A stretch of DNA of 64,000 nucleotides from Diplonema japonicum (GCA_964019335.1 OZ025707.1:447803-511802); one strand, 5' to 3'. Positions 1 through 13,094 are shown, counted from the first letter of the stretch. Translations and numbers: made by a program. Notes: generated from the sequence alone by a model not told the origin.

Positions 1-2
1 GC

Positions 3-2710
3 AGGCAGGAACGGGAAACAAGAGACTTCACAGACGAGCTCAAACAACAACAGGAGAAATTCGTAGGTGATATGACAAAGCGGCATGCCGACCAGATACA
101 GTCGCTTGAGAAGGAGCTCGTCTGTGAACGCAAGAGGAGTGAAGATCTGGTGTCTGACTTGGAACGTATGAGGAAACAGGCAGCCGAGGCTGAGAAGGCC
201 CGAGAAAGTATAAATGAGTATCAAAATGAGTATCAAGCAGAGGTCAACAGACTAGAAGGAGAGCTCGCAGAGCTTGGAGAACTACTGGAGGCCAGGGACG
301 CAAGCCAGCAAGAGTTGTTGAGCGTCAAAAGCAATCTGTTAAAACACAAGCAGAGGGCAGCACAGCAGGCCGCAGAGTTTGAACAGCAGCTAGACTCGGA
401 GGTGTCGAAGAGACGGGCTGTCGAGGACAGGTTTGCCCGGGAGCAGGAAGACCACGAGAAAACGAGGGACGCCAACAAAGCCGCCCAGCAGGAAGCCCAG
501 CACGCGATGGACGGTCTGCAGAAGAACATGACGGAACTGAAGAAGAGCCTTGCACATTCGCAGGACACTTGTCGGGATGGTGTCGTGGCGAATGAGAAGC
601 TGCACACAAAAGTGAAACATCTTGAGAACGCGAACATGGAGGCGGAAAACAGGAAACAGGTGCTGCAGGACAAACTGCGTTCCGTTGAGGGGCAGATCAG
701 AGAGCTGCAGAACGGCAGCGATCAGCTGCGCCACACCATCAGCAGTCTCAAGGCAGAGGCAGATGCTGTAGCTGCACGGAACTCGGAAATCGAAAGCGCA
801 GCGGAGCTTGCCAGGAAAACCGCGGAAGAAGCACGCAACGCCGCCGAAGCAAGGGAGAAGTCAGCTGTCACCAGAGCTGACCAAGCGGAGGAGAGATATG
901 AAATAAAGTATCGCGAAGCCGAGGATGCCATAGACAGGGAACAACGAATGGCACAGTCGATGGAACTGGACAAGAAAAGCAGGTCACAAATCGCGTCGGC
1001 CGCCGAGGAAGAGATAGCAGGCATGCGGAGGACTGCCAACGAGCTTCGCGACGAGCTGCGAACAGCACAGTCACAGCTGCATGATTTAAAATGTGAGCAC
1101 AGGGAGGCTGAACAGGCACTGGACGCCAGCAAGGCAAACACTGAAAAAGAGATCACAATGCTGCAGGACAACCTCACACGAGCACAAGAACAGCTGGAGA
1201 GGGAACGCAGGCGCAACGAGCAAGCAACTGAGGAGGTCCTCAGCATGCGCCGTGGGCAACAGCATGACGCGGCGGAAGCGGAGCGCTTGCTCCGCGAAAA
1301 CGAAAGCCTTCAAGAGGAGCACAAAAAAAAACACGCCGAGCATGTCATATCCGCCAGCAAAGCAGCCGACTGCGAGGCGGCTTTGAAAAGCACGAAGCAA
1401 GACCTTGAACACACAAGACAGGACCTCGAACGCACTCAGGCGGACTTGGAGACTGCACGTGTGCAAGTTGAACAGTTGGACATGCAACTCGGCCAATGCA
1501 CGGAACAAGACGAGACCTTGAAAATGCTGCAACGCGACACGGAACGTGGAAGGGAGAAAGAGAGACATCTCCAAGACCTCCTGCACAGGGAGAAAGAGCT
1601 CATGAGAATCGTGAGCGGAGCGTTGCAAGACCTGGGCTCAAGACGAAGCGTGGCGGGGGTGGCTGCAGGGAGCCTGACAGCAGACCTGCTGAATGTCGAC
1701 AGGTGCATCGAGGAGACGATGGCCGAGTGCGAACAGCTGCGGAGAAACCTCTCCGAGGCTGAAGCAGAAGGTCGCGAGCACAGAACACGCGCCGACGTCA
1801 CAGCTTCCGACGCCGAGAGGGCACGACGTGTAAATGATGCCACCGAACGCCGGCTCAACGAAGAAGTAGCAAACATGAAAGCTATCATGCAGGAAGCCGA
1901 CTCAAAGCACCACAACGCTGCCACAGAGCTGCGGGACAAGGTGAACCGCCTAGAGAGCGCACTGTCGGAGGCACAAGAACAACTCGCAATTGAAATACAG
2001 CACAACCACAAACAACGGCAGGGCGTCGAGGAGGAGAGGAACGAGCTGCAAGGTGCTTTGGAAAACGTCGAGATGGAGCTGCAGGCTGTGCGCAGGGAGC
2101 TACGCGAAGTGAAGAGGGAGCTGCGCAATGCGACAGAAGACTCACGCGAAATGGAGGCAAGAGTGCACAAGCTCTCGGGAGAGGTTGAGATGCTACAAAC
2201 CGCACTTGCCGAATCCGAGGCAGGACGGGAAAAGTTCAAACGGAAAGCAGAGACAATGGAAACAGAGGCTGTCCAAGGCCTTGCAGGTACGAAACTCTTA
2301 AAAAGAAAAAAAAAAAAAAAAAAAAATAAAAACAAAAAATAAAAACAGAAATTCATGAGACGGTGAAGGATTCAAACAGGCGTACGGCTGCTGCGGAGAG
2401 GTCGATGCGGGCTGCAGAGATCGAACAACGGAGGTTGCAGAAAGTGCTGGATTTAGAGCGGCAGGAGAAGGAGCACAGCGAGCAAGAATTCATGAAGGTA
2501 GCCTCGGAACTAGAAGCGAAGGCGAGGGAGGTACAGGCGAGATCGGATGAGACAAAAAAGTCACTTAGGAAAGCGGAGGCAGATGGCGAGGAGCTCCGTC
2601 GGCAGTTAACCCAAGACACCGCCTTAGCGGCACATCGGAGAATGTCACTCAGGGAGGCCACACCCATGTCGCATGGGTCTGCCTACCGCACTTCACGTAC
2701 GTTGCTCTAG
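3..2710 (+). CDS. Long coiled-coil protein (5'-partial); exons <3-2286 and 2349-2710
   Basis: The frame of ORF 72..2342 is open from base 3 and is E/K/R/Q/L heptad-rich. A GT-AG intron at 2287-2348 joins it in frame to ORF 2363..2710 (…QGLA E IHETVKDSNRR…) and removes the poly-Lys artefact. Confidence 0.8.
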
Positions 2711-3558
2711 AGCTTTTAGATTTTATGTTTTTTTTTTTTCCTTCTTCTTTTTGTACTTTTTTTTATTTGTTGAATTCTAAGGGTTACTTTCTGTCACTCG
2801 AGTGAATGTTTCACTTGCGTGTGAGTAAAAATGGTGGTTTTAATTTTTTTTTTTTATCTCCTCAATTTTACTTCATTTCAGTAGTCCCTATAAAAAAATC
2901 AAAAACTGCGGGGAAAGTGGTCACATTTTGCGCACCAAAATCTGCAAAAGAAAAATGGGGGCCCCCGGTCAAATCGACCCGGGACCACATTTCTTTACCG
3001 GGCGTGGGATGCCGCCTGAGGTACGTGCTTGTTGCCCATCCTATCACCGATTTATATCGATGAAAAAATTGGTGTTTCCTGGAGTGAAAAGAAAAAAAGA
3101 AAAAAGTAAAATTGAGATGAGTGTACAGACAAGGTTAGACTTTTTTTTTTGTGTATTAGTAAAAAAAAAAAAAAGAAAAAAAAAGAATCCCGAGGACTGG
3201 CAACCAAAGGAGAAAAAAAAAAAAAAAAAAAAAAAAAAAGGCCATTAGCCAACTGTGGAAAGAGAATACCCATGTCACAAAGGTGCTAGAACAATAACAC
3301 AGGCCGACACGAAAGCACGAACGTCTCAACACACTTCCGTTGGCTCCACACAGCCCAGCTGGGTGGGGTCGGTCTGGCTAGACCAAGAGGAGGTGGAATT
3401 TAAAAAAAAAAAAAAAAAAAAAGTATAGTATTTTTCTTATGTTTCCACTCCCTCCCTCGCCCCCTCCCCCCCTTTTTTTTTCCAAGGACAAAAAGAAAAA
3501 AACCCCCCCTCCCCACAGGAAAAAAAAAAAAAAGCGAAGGGAAGAAGAAAAAAAAAAA

Positions 3559-3633
3559 ATGTCAGCTGAGGAGATAGCAGCTTTGAAGGAGGAGAATGAA
3601 CGGTTGAACGAACAGGTGAAACAGGTAACGACC

Positions 3634-3664
<31 letters not shown>

Positions 3665-4480
3665 AGATGAACATGCAAATGATTGGACTTCGCTTTGCAT
3701 CAAACACCCCCGACCTGGACGACGCGTACGACCGGAGGAAAGCGGCAGTTGAGGTAGAGTCGCCGGAGATCGGTACAAGAGTGAAGATCGTGAACCAAGG
3801 GAGCAAGTACAACTCAAACGATTTCAAGTCCTCCTTCGGGGAGGGTCTGGACTACACCGACGTGGTGGAGCAGGGCGCCATGGGTGTCGTTACACAAAAG
3901 TGCCAACATTTCAAAAAGAGGGGCACCGAGGTATTCTTGGTGAAGTTCGACTCCGGTAAAAGCGCAGTCCTGGCACGAAAGGGTATCGAACCGTCTTTCT
4001 GGGTTGGCTCCCATGTAACCATCACCAACGTTGGGTGCAAGTACGCCGCAAAGGACTTCTCCTCTCGGTACCCTGATAATACTGTCACCGACGAATGCCG
4101 CGTGAGCCAGCGTGGTGTTATAATCTCCATTCAGCCCCACTACAAGGCGAAGAATACTACTGTTTTCTTGGTGGCCATCGATTCGAAGCTTCGTTGTGTG
4201 GTGATGAACGGTAAGGGGTGCACACCGCGTGAAATCCCCGGCCTGCGGGACTACTCACGCAGAAGGGAGAGGAAGGAAGAGGAGCGAGCGAAGAAGGAAA
4301 AAGAAGCGGAAGAGAAAACCACCACCGAGGAACAATCACCCGCTGCTGAAGAAGAACCCGTTGCGGGACAAGAATCTGAAAAAAGAGCGGTATGTGGGGA
4401 ATTAAAAAAAAAAAAAAAAAAAGGCGAGCGAGGAACCCGAAGACGCCCCGAGTGAGAAGAAGAGGAAAGTCGAAGAGTGA
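3559..4480 (+). CDS. Uncharacterised protein with two tandem beta-rich (SH3/KOW-like?) repeats; introns 3625-3666 and 4390-4423
   Basis: ATG follows a poly-A leader. Both introns are GT-AG and restore the frame (…QVKQ|MNMQ…, …EKRA|ASEEPEDAPSEKKRKVEE*). Internal duplication: IGTRVKIVNQGSKY…HFKKRGTEVFLVKFDS vs VGSHVTITNVGCKY…HYKAKNTTVFLVAIDS. Confidence 0.7.
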
Positions 4481-5209
4481 GGGGAAAAAAATGGATTAAA
4501 AAAGTGTTTTTTTTTAGGGGGGGGTTTTTTTTTTCTGGAAAAGGGTATCACTTTGCTAAGGAAGGGGAGAAACAAATCGGGAAAAAAAAAAAGAATAGAA
4601 TGGAGGGGATGTTCTCTTGTTTGTTTTCTTTTCTTTTGTGGTCTCCTTTTTTTGTTTTGTTTTTTTTCCTTTTCTTTTTTCCTTTTTGTTTTCATCAGGA
4701 TACAAGCAAAAATAAATATTTTTTTGTAAGGGTAAAGCCGCATCGAAAAGTGTTTGTCTTTTTTATTTCTTCTTTCTTACAAGGTACCAACCCGTAGTAA
4801 GCAATCTGAATTTCTTTCCCCCCCCTTTTTTTTCCCCTACTTCATATTATTTAAAAAGGTTTCCTTTCTTCATTCTGGGAAGGGGGGAAGGGGGAACGGA
4901 TGCAGCACAGAGGAGAAGCAACACTTTATCCCCCCCACCCACTCCCTCAACATAATTCCCCCCACCCTCAAATACGCAAAAGGAGAGGAAAGCGGGGAAA
5001 AAAAAAAAAAAAAAAAAAGAAAATCAGATTTTGTGTAACACATTATTTTTTTTTCCCCCCACCTCTCGCCCATCCCCTTTGGTTTTGCTCTTTTTTTTTT
5101 TTCTTCTTTTTTTTTAAAAAAAAAAAAAGAAAAAAAAAAAAAAAACCACGTCCCCCCTCTGAATTTTTTTTTTTATAATTATAAATAATAAAAAAAAAAG
5201 GATGAGAAC

Positions 5210-7738
5210 ATGGAGCTTGCGGGAGTGGTAGAGGTACCACCGCACCCAACGGAGTTACCAAAGGCCACCATGAGCCCCGTGCGACAGTCGGGCAGCGAGG
5301 CTCCACAGGGAAGCATTATAATGTCTCCGGTGATATCTCCGAGCAGGCAACTGAACCTAGGGGACGCGTACACAGACCTGCGGGAGCGGTACGATGTGCT
5401 GTGCTCCACACACGACGACGTAGTGGTGAGCCAGGTCCTCCCCCTGCAGCACCGCCTGTCAGAACTCGCAGTAGTTCTATCAGACGAACGCACGCACCGC
5501 GAAGGCCTGGGCATCCTCCTCGAAGAGAAGGACCGCGAGCTTGAAATCCTCAAGCAGGAGATGAAACGGCAAAAACTCCTTGAGTACATGATCATCAGGA
5601 AGAAAGACGACCAGATCACAACATTAGAGAATACCACCAACGCAGCCGCCGGCCACGGTACAGGTCCTCACGACCTCCAAGGCCACGGTCACGGTGAAGG
5701 ACACACCCCTACCCACGGCGGTGTACACCTTGGGCATGATGATGCTAACATGTCAAGCGATGTGAGCGGCCATCGTCAAAGGCAGAGCGTCCGGTTGGAA
5801 AGCCCTGTCGAGGCAGGGAAGCATCCCATCGGCGGCCCTGCAGTAGGCCCCACCGAGTCATGGGAAGGCCCTCCCAGACGGAACGGAACAGGAGGCAGTG
5901 TTTCAAGCACTGGCGAACGCCGCCGACGTGCTGCAACCTGCAGCAACCCTGACACATCAATGGCCTTGTCCGGCACCTCTGTCCCAACACGGCGATCGGA
6001 ACGAAGGAAGTCAGATGTTTCCTTTAAAGACATGGAAGGTGCTTATAACAACGACCCTGAGGCAGAACAGTCAGAAGAGGGATACAGCCACGACAGCCAG
6101 TCGGAGATGATGTCCAATGGTATCCCCCCTGCAGAACGCGAGGCGCTCATCACCCGTGCGGACGAGGCTGCGAAGGATGCTACCGAAGCCAAAGCCGAGA
6201 TAGAAGTTCTCAAGCAACAGCTGCAGGATGCCCAGAACGTTGCCGCTCAGGCGCAGAAGGAAACGGGGGACATCGCTCAGGAGCTGCTGGAGACCAAAGA
6301 CGTGGACGACCGCAGGCAGGACGTCATTAAAGACATGCAGCAGCAGATCGAGAACTACATACGCGCGGAAGACGAGATGCCTGCTGCGATACAAGAAGCA
6401 GAAGGGCAGATCATGGACCTGCAGAAACAGCTTTCCGACCAAAAGCAAGAGGCGACCTGTCTGTACGATGACATGAAGAGGGAGTTCAAGACCCAGTTCT
6501 CGGAGACCGTGTCAGAGCTTAACAACCAAATCGAGGTGTTGAAGCAGCGCGTGAACTCCCTCAAGGACGAGACGGCGGAGCACGAGAATGAAAAGATCGC
6601 TTTGCAGAAGCTGACGCAGCAGCTTCGGCAGGCGGTTGCACAGGCATCACGAGAAGCATCAGTCGCTGACAAAAAAGCACAGGCTTACGAACAGGAGAAC
6701 AGAATCTTGAAACAAAACACGGCGCAAAACAAACGTGACATCGAACTGCTACGCGACAAGGCGAAGAGTCTAGAAGCGGCGAAGAACCAACTACAGGACG
6801 CGGCAGCGCAGCTCAACAACGAGTACACCTTACTGTTGGGAAAGTACAACACGACAGAGACGGAGAAGTCCGGGGTGCAGAGAAAGGTAACAGAGATGGA
6901 CACGGAACTGAGCAACACACACGGGGAATATCTATCGCAGCTGAAAAGCTCTGAACAGGAAATGATACGCTTAATGGAGAAACTAGACGCTGCAGAGGAG
7001 AACGCTCGCGCAATGGAAACCGAGATCAACGCGTTGCAGGACACCTTATCCACAGAAAAGTTACGATGCGAAGATGAAAAGCGCCGCGCGGACCGAGAAG
7101 AACTCGTTTCGAAACGTCTTAGAGAAGAAGCACAGCGAGCAAGGTCGGACGTTGAAACTCTCCGTGCGGTGCTCAGCCAACAATCAGGCGTCCTTGACGG
7201 CGTTGACAGTGCTTTGGCGGAAAAGGACCAAACAGTTATTGAATACGAGCGTGAGATACGAACCGCAGCGGAGAAGAACCAAACCCTCCTAGAGGTGGAA
7301 CAACGCCTCCGGAAGGAGCTCCGAAGGGGGGAACAAGAATGGGCTATTCTCGAAAAGGAGTACAGAGAAAAGGAGCGCTACCTTGCTGAGTGGGCGAGAA
7401 AAAGCGCAGATTGGGAACTTCGGGAATCGGAGCTCACGTCGAGGATTCAAGATTTGGAAGGTGCTGCTGGTCAGATCAAAGCGTCTTATGTGGCCGCCAA
7501 GCAAGCTGCCGCCGCAACGGAATCCCGTGTACTTGAAGAAGAGCGAAGAGCGGTGACCTCAGAGGGCGAGGTCAGGATTTTAGAGGCGCGTGTTGCGTCG
7601 CTTTCCAAGGAGCTGCTCCATGCGCAGACGCAGCTGCACAAGACACACCTCACCACCTCTCTGCAGGGGGTGCAGGAATCGGTGTCCGTCTCTCCCCCGC
7701 GACATCAGCAACGCCTTCCCAAACCTTTTAGCTTTTAG
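5210..7738 (+). CDS. Coiled-coil protein, 842 aa, function unknown
   Basis: Long ORF with coding-like composition and an extended heptad region. Confidence 0.8.
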   Translation: MELAGVVEVPPHPTELPKATMSPVRQSGSEAPQGSIIMSPVISPSRQLNLGDAYTDLRERYDVLCSTHDDVVVSQVLPLQHRLSELAVVLSDERTHREGLGILLEEKDRELEILKQEMKRQKLLEYMIIRKKDDQITTLENTTNAAAGHGTGPHDLQGHGHGEGHTPTHGGVHLGHDDANMSSDVSGHRQRQSVRLESPVEAGKHPIGGPAVGPTESWEGPPRRNGTGGSVSSTGERRRRAATCSNPDTSMALSGTSVPTRRSERRKSDVSFKDMEGAYNNDPEAEQSEEGYSHDSQSEMMSNGIPPAEREALITRADEAAKDATEAKAEIEVLKQQLQDAQNVAAQAQKETGDIAQELLETKDVDDRRQDVIKDMQQQIENYIRAEDEMPAAIQEAEGQIMDLQKQLSDQKQEATCLYDDMKREFKTQFSETVSELNNQIEVLKQRVNSLKDETAEHENEKIALQKLTQQLRQAVAQASREASVADKKAQAYEQENRILKQNTAQNKRDIELLRDKAKSLEAAKNQLQDAAAQLNNEYTLLLGKYNTTETEKSGVQRKVTEMDTELSNTHGEYLSQLKSSEQEMIRLMEKLDAAEENARAMETEINALQDTLSTEKLRCEDEKRRADREELVSKRLREEAQRARSDVETLRAVLSQQSGVLDGVDSALAEKDQTVIEYEREIRTAAEKNQTLLEVEQRLRKELRRGEQEWAILEKEYREKERYLAEWARKSADWELRESELTSRIQDLEGAAGQIKASYVAAKQAAAATESRVLEEERRAVTSEGEVRILEARVASLSKELLHAQTQLHKTHLTTSLQGVQESVSVSPPRHQQRLPKPFSF

Positions 7739-7949
7739 ATGTTTTTTTTGTACTGTATTAAATATAATAAATTATTTTTTTTTTTCTTCCTGTATTTCTT
7801 TTTTCCCCATTATGTTGTACAACTTTTATTTTTTTGTTTGTTATTTTCTGCAAAAGTTCTTTTTTTTTTATTAAAAAAAAAGAAGAAAAAAAGGGGTTTC
7901 TTTACACACCGATTTACACGAATCCAAAAAAAAAAAAAACCAAGAAGAA

Positions 7950-8183
7950 ATGGGCAAGCATCCACTTACGGTGATCGGGGCATCGTGGTGTGGGCATACT
8001 ACGCATGAACGCGCAGAGCTGAAGAGTGCGGGTGTGGCTTACAATTATATCGATGGTGACAAAGATGCTGCTGCTGCTCAAAAGGCGAAGCTGTACCCGA
8101 CTCTGATGTGCAGCAGCAACGGCAAGGTACACTATGGGGAGATGGCAGGCTCGGCAGTCAAGACTTGGTGCCCTAGTACTTGA
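7950..8183 (+). CDS. Small glutaredoxin/thioredoxin-fold protein (WCGHT, monothiol CxxT)
   Basis: LTVIGASWCGHT active-site pattern, GVAYNYID strand, cis-Pro motif YPTL; ATG follows an A-rich leader. Confidence 0.65.
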   Translation: MGKHPLTVIGASWCGHTTHERAELKSAGVAYNYIDGDKDAAAAQKAKLYPTLMCSSNGKVHYGEMAGSAVKTWCPST

Positions 8184-8360
8184 GCTTTTAGATATTAAGA
8201 TTCCATTTTTTTTTTTTTTGTTCTTTTCTTTGTAAACACTGCCAACAGGGGAAAGGGGAAGGGGGGAGAAAAAAAAAGTAAAATGATTTGAAACTGAGAA
8301 ATGCCACTGAACATGCCGAGCCGATGGAATCTGAACGCACTGGACAACCCGTACCCTCTT

Positions 8361-8455
8361 GGGTCTTGCCGTGAAGCGCGACAGCATGAAATCGATTGCA
8401 TTGTCGACACAACGGACGCGGCCACCAGCAGCATCTCCGCCTACTGCTCCGTACC
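8361..8455 (+). repeat. Intergenic degenerate copy of CDS segment 35609-35713
   Basis: gggtcttgccgtgaagcgcgacagcatg…caccagcagcatctccgcctactgc…gtacc occurs at both sites, with a few substitutions and a ~10-nt deletion here. Confidence 0.9.
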
Positions 8456-11351
8456 TCGTCATGACCGACGAGGTCTCGTTTTTCTTTCCTCTTCTCTTTT
8501 TTTTTTTATTTGCAAAAACGAATCTTCGACTTGTCTAAACAAAAAGGGGAACGTTGGCAACGTGTTTCGGTTCCTCTTTTTTTTTAATATTAGTTCTGTT
8601 TTGTTTTTTTTTTTTTTTTGTGTTCAACAAGAAGTACTGCTCACTTGTAAGAGCAGAAAAGAAAGAGTAGGGGCAGCATGCAGTATTTGTGCACAAACAA
8701 AATGCTAAAAACCTTTTTGAATTGTCTGCGCGGGCAAGCTCCTCTTTGTATTCAGAGTCCAGAGTTCAGGTTGCATTGCGGCTCTTTCCTAGTGTTGATG
8801 CGTACTGCTGATATCCTTTGGTCCGAGGTAAAACCCAATGCGTCAAGACCTGCACTCTATGAACGGTGGTAATGGTGCCCTGTGATTAGGCTAAGAAAAA
8901 GAATACCACTAAAGAGGTAGGCTGTCGGGTCCACCGCTCTTTTCTTTTTGTTTTAACAAGAATATTATTGTCGAAAGCGCGGATGTGTCCCTTTCCACTT
9001 CACGAGCAATAAAAAATACAAGATTTTGAAAGGGAAAAAAAAAAAAGGAGTACAACCAACAATCAGCTGACTCTTTTTCTTCTTTCTCCTCTTGTCCAGC
9101 CTTCGCCCTGAAACTGTCGTTAGGCTCCTTTCAAAGACATCCTTATTTGCTGTGTGGAAAAGAAAAGTCAAGGCTTGTTAAGTTAAGACTTTTTTTTAAA
9201 CGTTCCGTGGTGGGATGGGAGCCCGACTACTTTGAAAAAACCGATAGTTGCGTGGGGGCAGAAGGGAAGCTCACGGAACAAGCACCCCCCTCTGCACACT
9301 GAATTCTTTATCGTGCCGTGGATGGGATCAGTGCTCTCCAACCCACTGGGTGGCACTAACCCTTAAAGGATGCTAGAGTTTTCACGATCGCCAGAAATTG
9401 CATAAGCTGATTCACAGAGTTCGATACTCTCTTTCTCTCTCTCTCTCTGAGGAATGAGAATAAGAAAAAAAAGAAAAAAAAAAAAAAAGAAATGAGGATT
9501 TGCACAAACAAAACGCCGGCCTCCTTTTTTTTTTCTTCTTTTCTTCTTTCGTTTGGACAGGAAGAAACGACAATCGAATAATGCATTTGTTAGTGGTGGT
9601 GAAGAAGAGCAATGCACAGGGCACAGGAACCACGCCCCCTGTCAGCCTCACCGACCATAGCAGCTTGTTTATCCCTCTACAGGTTAAATCCACAACTGCT
9701 GTAATGCACAAACACAGATATCTGTCTAAGAAAACGAATCTTTAACTTCGTCTAAACAAGAAAAAAAGAAAAAGAAGAAAAAAAAAAAAGGGAATGGAGG
9801 GGGACGTTTGTGGACCTTTTTTTTTTTCTCTCTAGGGTCTCCCCTCTGTTCTGTTTTTTTTTTTTTTTTTTTTCTCTTTTTTTTCTCTGAAGAAAATGCT
9901 GACGAAACAACCTACTCTGCAAGGGCAAAGACGCAGACCTACCTGTACCCCCTCCTCCCCTCCCCTCCCCTCCCCCCCCCCCTTCTCGACGTGCACGGCC
10001 GAATCGATCAGTAGAAATATTTAAAAAGGGACGGGCCTGCAGTAGTAATGCTTTGCTGTTTTCACAATAAAGATTGTTTTTTTTTTTTTTTTTTTTTTTT
10101 TACTGTGCCCTCCCGCCTCTTATTATAGTTCCCCCCCTCCCCCTTTTTTTTTTGATGCGTATTTCCATTTTTTGTGAACCAGTCTGCCGATCCTTTCCAA
10201 GTTGAGAACAAAAAGAAGAGAAAAATTCTTTTTCGTTTGTTTCATCGACACAAACGGCGGGAGGTTTTTTTTCTTGGAAAAATGGTTGGGAGGAAATAAA
10301 ATGAATGACCTTTTTTTTTTTTTTGTTTTTCTTTTTTGTTTGGCAAAGACCACCAAAAGGAGGAGAAACCGCTGCTGAAAGGGAATAGTGCAGGTGGATG
10401 AGAACAAGGGGGAGCGGTCTCATAAAAAACTTCCATAGCCCACAATTTCTTTTTTCTTTTTTTTGGAACAGACCAAAAAAAAAAAAAAAAAGAAAAAGGG
10501 AAATCCTCTTTTTGACTGTTTCTTTTTATCCGGATATTTTATTTGTCTTTTTTTTTTCTTTTTGTTCAGTCAAAAAGCGTGATTTAAATGCCAATACAAG
10601 GGTTGAGTCAAAATTTGTTTTGTTTTGGTTGAGATTTCTTCTTTTTTTTTTTCTTACGATAAACACACACCTTTTTTTTTTTTTTTTATGTGTGAAAAAC
10701 TGTGCAGAAACGTGCTCACACCAGAGCAAATATGGTTGTGCCCTACACCTTAGTAAAAAAAAAACCTAGTTTTTTTTCTTTTTTTTTTCTTCTTTTTTGT
10801 TTCTGCCTAAAGGCCGCACAAAGAAAACACAGCGTCCCGGACACAAGTATCCTCTTAATTTGGGAACGACTACAAAAAATAATTTCCCCCCCCCCAAAAA
10901 AAAAAGAAAAAACCCGCCTTTTTTTTGCTGCAGAAAAAAAAAAGGGGGTTTTTAAAATTAAGACAGCTTCATATCTCTAAAGCCCGTTTTTTTTTTTCTT
11001 CACTGGGGGGGCCTCATAATTTAACGCGAAACCGGGCCCTCGTGCAAAAAAAAAAGTACATTTTCGGGAACTCGAGTCTAAAGAACGGCTCGTTATTTTG
11101 TTGGCAATAAATAGCTGATATATATATATTTTTTTTTTTTTGACGGCGGGTCTTTAGAGATATGAAGCTAACAGTTCATTTTTTTGTCTACCCCCCCCAA
11201 AAAAAACACAAAAACAGCACACATAAAAAAAAAAAAAAAAAAACATACAAAAAACACTCCCTTCTTGCTTCTTTTCGTCTTTTTCTTCTATTCGTCAACA
11301 ACGGTATTCTTCTCGGCAGCCGACGAGGACTCCCCGTACTTGGAGCCCAAG

Positions 11352-12814
11352 ATGCAACTTAAAGAAAGGATTCAGAAGAGGCTAGAGACAAGCGGGTTCA
11401 GTGTGGCCAACCTACCGGAGTACCATGAGACGCTGTCGCAGATGATGGCGTTGATGCTTGCAGGGGGGAAGGAGAAGGATACAATCCAAGCAGAGCTTGA
11501 CAAGTACTTACTGCCAGGTTCTTTTGACGCATTCTTCGAGATGGCGAAGCAGGAGTACGACACAATGGTGGAGAGCAGCTGCGACATAGAAGGTTCCGTG
11601 CTGACCATCCAGGGCACAGACGCCGATTTAAAGCCAAGTGCCACTAAAGAGATGATCGAGGCACGGCTGAGGAAGTTCGGAGCGTCAATGGCCTCCGCAA
11701 TGGCCGCACAAGAGACACCTGCGAAAAACAAAAAAAAGAAGAACAAATCCAAGACCACCGCCGACGGCACCATCACCATCAAGAAGCAGTCTGACGGGAA
11801 ACAGGTATTCGGCCGCAAAGCCGGCGGCCGTGGTCGGGGCATCGCCTTCATCGACAAGCAGAAGATCGAGTCCATCGTCATCACGGGGCGCGGGAGGGGG
11901 CGTGGCGTGGGGAAGTCCGACGCACTCCCGCCTACAATGTTCCAAACACAGCAGAAGACCTTCCAACGAGCCGGCGGCCGAGGGGTGCAGACCCCTGTCC
12001 CTGCACAGTCCCTCCAGATGCAGCAGGCACGCGTCGCACAGAACACCGCAAATGCCCTGCAAGTTCAGCTGCAGCAGGCGACCGAGATGAAACAACATCT
12101 TGCTGTGCAGGAAAGGCAGAACAACGCTCAGCAGGCACAGCTGATGCAGGTTTGTGGAGGGGGAGGGGGGAGGGGGGGAAAGAAAAACACAACACCTCCC
12201 AGGCTCAGCAGCAGCTGCTTCAGCAGCAGGCGATGTTGCAGCAGCAGCATCAGCAGATGAGGCAGATCCCCCTGCAGCAACAGCAGCAGCAGCAGGCGTT
12301 GATCCAACAGCAGGCTGTGCTGCAGCAGCAGGCTGCAAAGCTCCAGGCTCAGCTGCAGCATTCTCAGTTGCAGCCAGGTGCGCAGCAGGCACAGACGCAA
12401 TCACAGGCTCAGGTTCAGGCCCAGGCCCAAGCCCAAGCACAGGCTCAGGCACAGGCTCAAGTGCAAGCACAGGCCCAAGCCCAAGCACAGGCACAGGCAC
12501 AGGCTCAAGTGCAAGCACAGGTGCAGATGCAGCCCCGGGTGACCATCGGACACCAGGTGCAAGGGACTCAGGGCATACAGGGGATCCATATCCCCCAGGC
12601 GGCTTTGCAAGGGATGCAAGGAGTGCAAGGGGTGCAAGGCGTTCAGATTCCCTACCTTGCTGGCTCCCAGTTGATGGTCCCCCAACAAGGTGTGCAAGAC
12701 GCATAGCAACAAACAAACAAAACCACCTTTTCAGGCATAATGATGAGCGCCGCCGCCCCGCAGCAGATCCAGATCGGGATGCCCCAGCAGGGCAGGGTCA
12801 TCCAAAGAGCATGA
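11352..12814 (+). CDS. PWI-like (Nab2/ZC3H14 N-terminal-like) protein with GRG repeats and Q/QA-rich tail; introns 12150-12202 and 12690-12734
   Basis: The N-terminus (LSQMMALMLAGGKEKDTIQAELDKYL…FDAFFE) resembles a PWI-like helical domain; GRGRG motifs are present. The introns join ORFs 11184 and 12152 in frame and add a final exon ending …GRVIQRA*. The start codon is uncertain. Confidence 0.6.
12400..12530 (+). repeat. Coding (Gln-Ala)n low-complexity repeat
   Basis: caggcacaggctcaagtgcaagcacag units are repeated. Confidence 0.8.
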
Positions 12815-13094
12815 GATCTTCTTTCTTCTTCAAAAAAGAAGCGTCAAAAAGAAGAGTATCTTCTTTCTTTTTTTTTTTTTTAACTATCCCAAGAGATAAC
12901 GGCGAAGAGTGTGTTTTTTTTTTTTTTTTCATTTTTCTTTCTTGGTCAAAGCCGGCAACCTTTTTTTTTTTTAAAGAAATAAGAAGCCAAAAGATATTAT
13001 TATGCCCCCCCCCATATTTTTTCTTCTCTCTTCTCCCCCCCATAAAAAAAAAGGGGGAAACCAAAAAAAAAATAAAATTATAAAATAAAAAGAA

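Noticed and set aside
2281-2363. Programmed frameshifts or pseudogenes at frame changes (also 12150, 17903, 25521, 49958)
   Set aside because: Each is fully explained by a short in-frame GT-AG intron.
2870-3010. Possible transposon end (ccccggtcaaatcgacccggga palindrome)
   Set aside because: No partner TIR or target duplication found.
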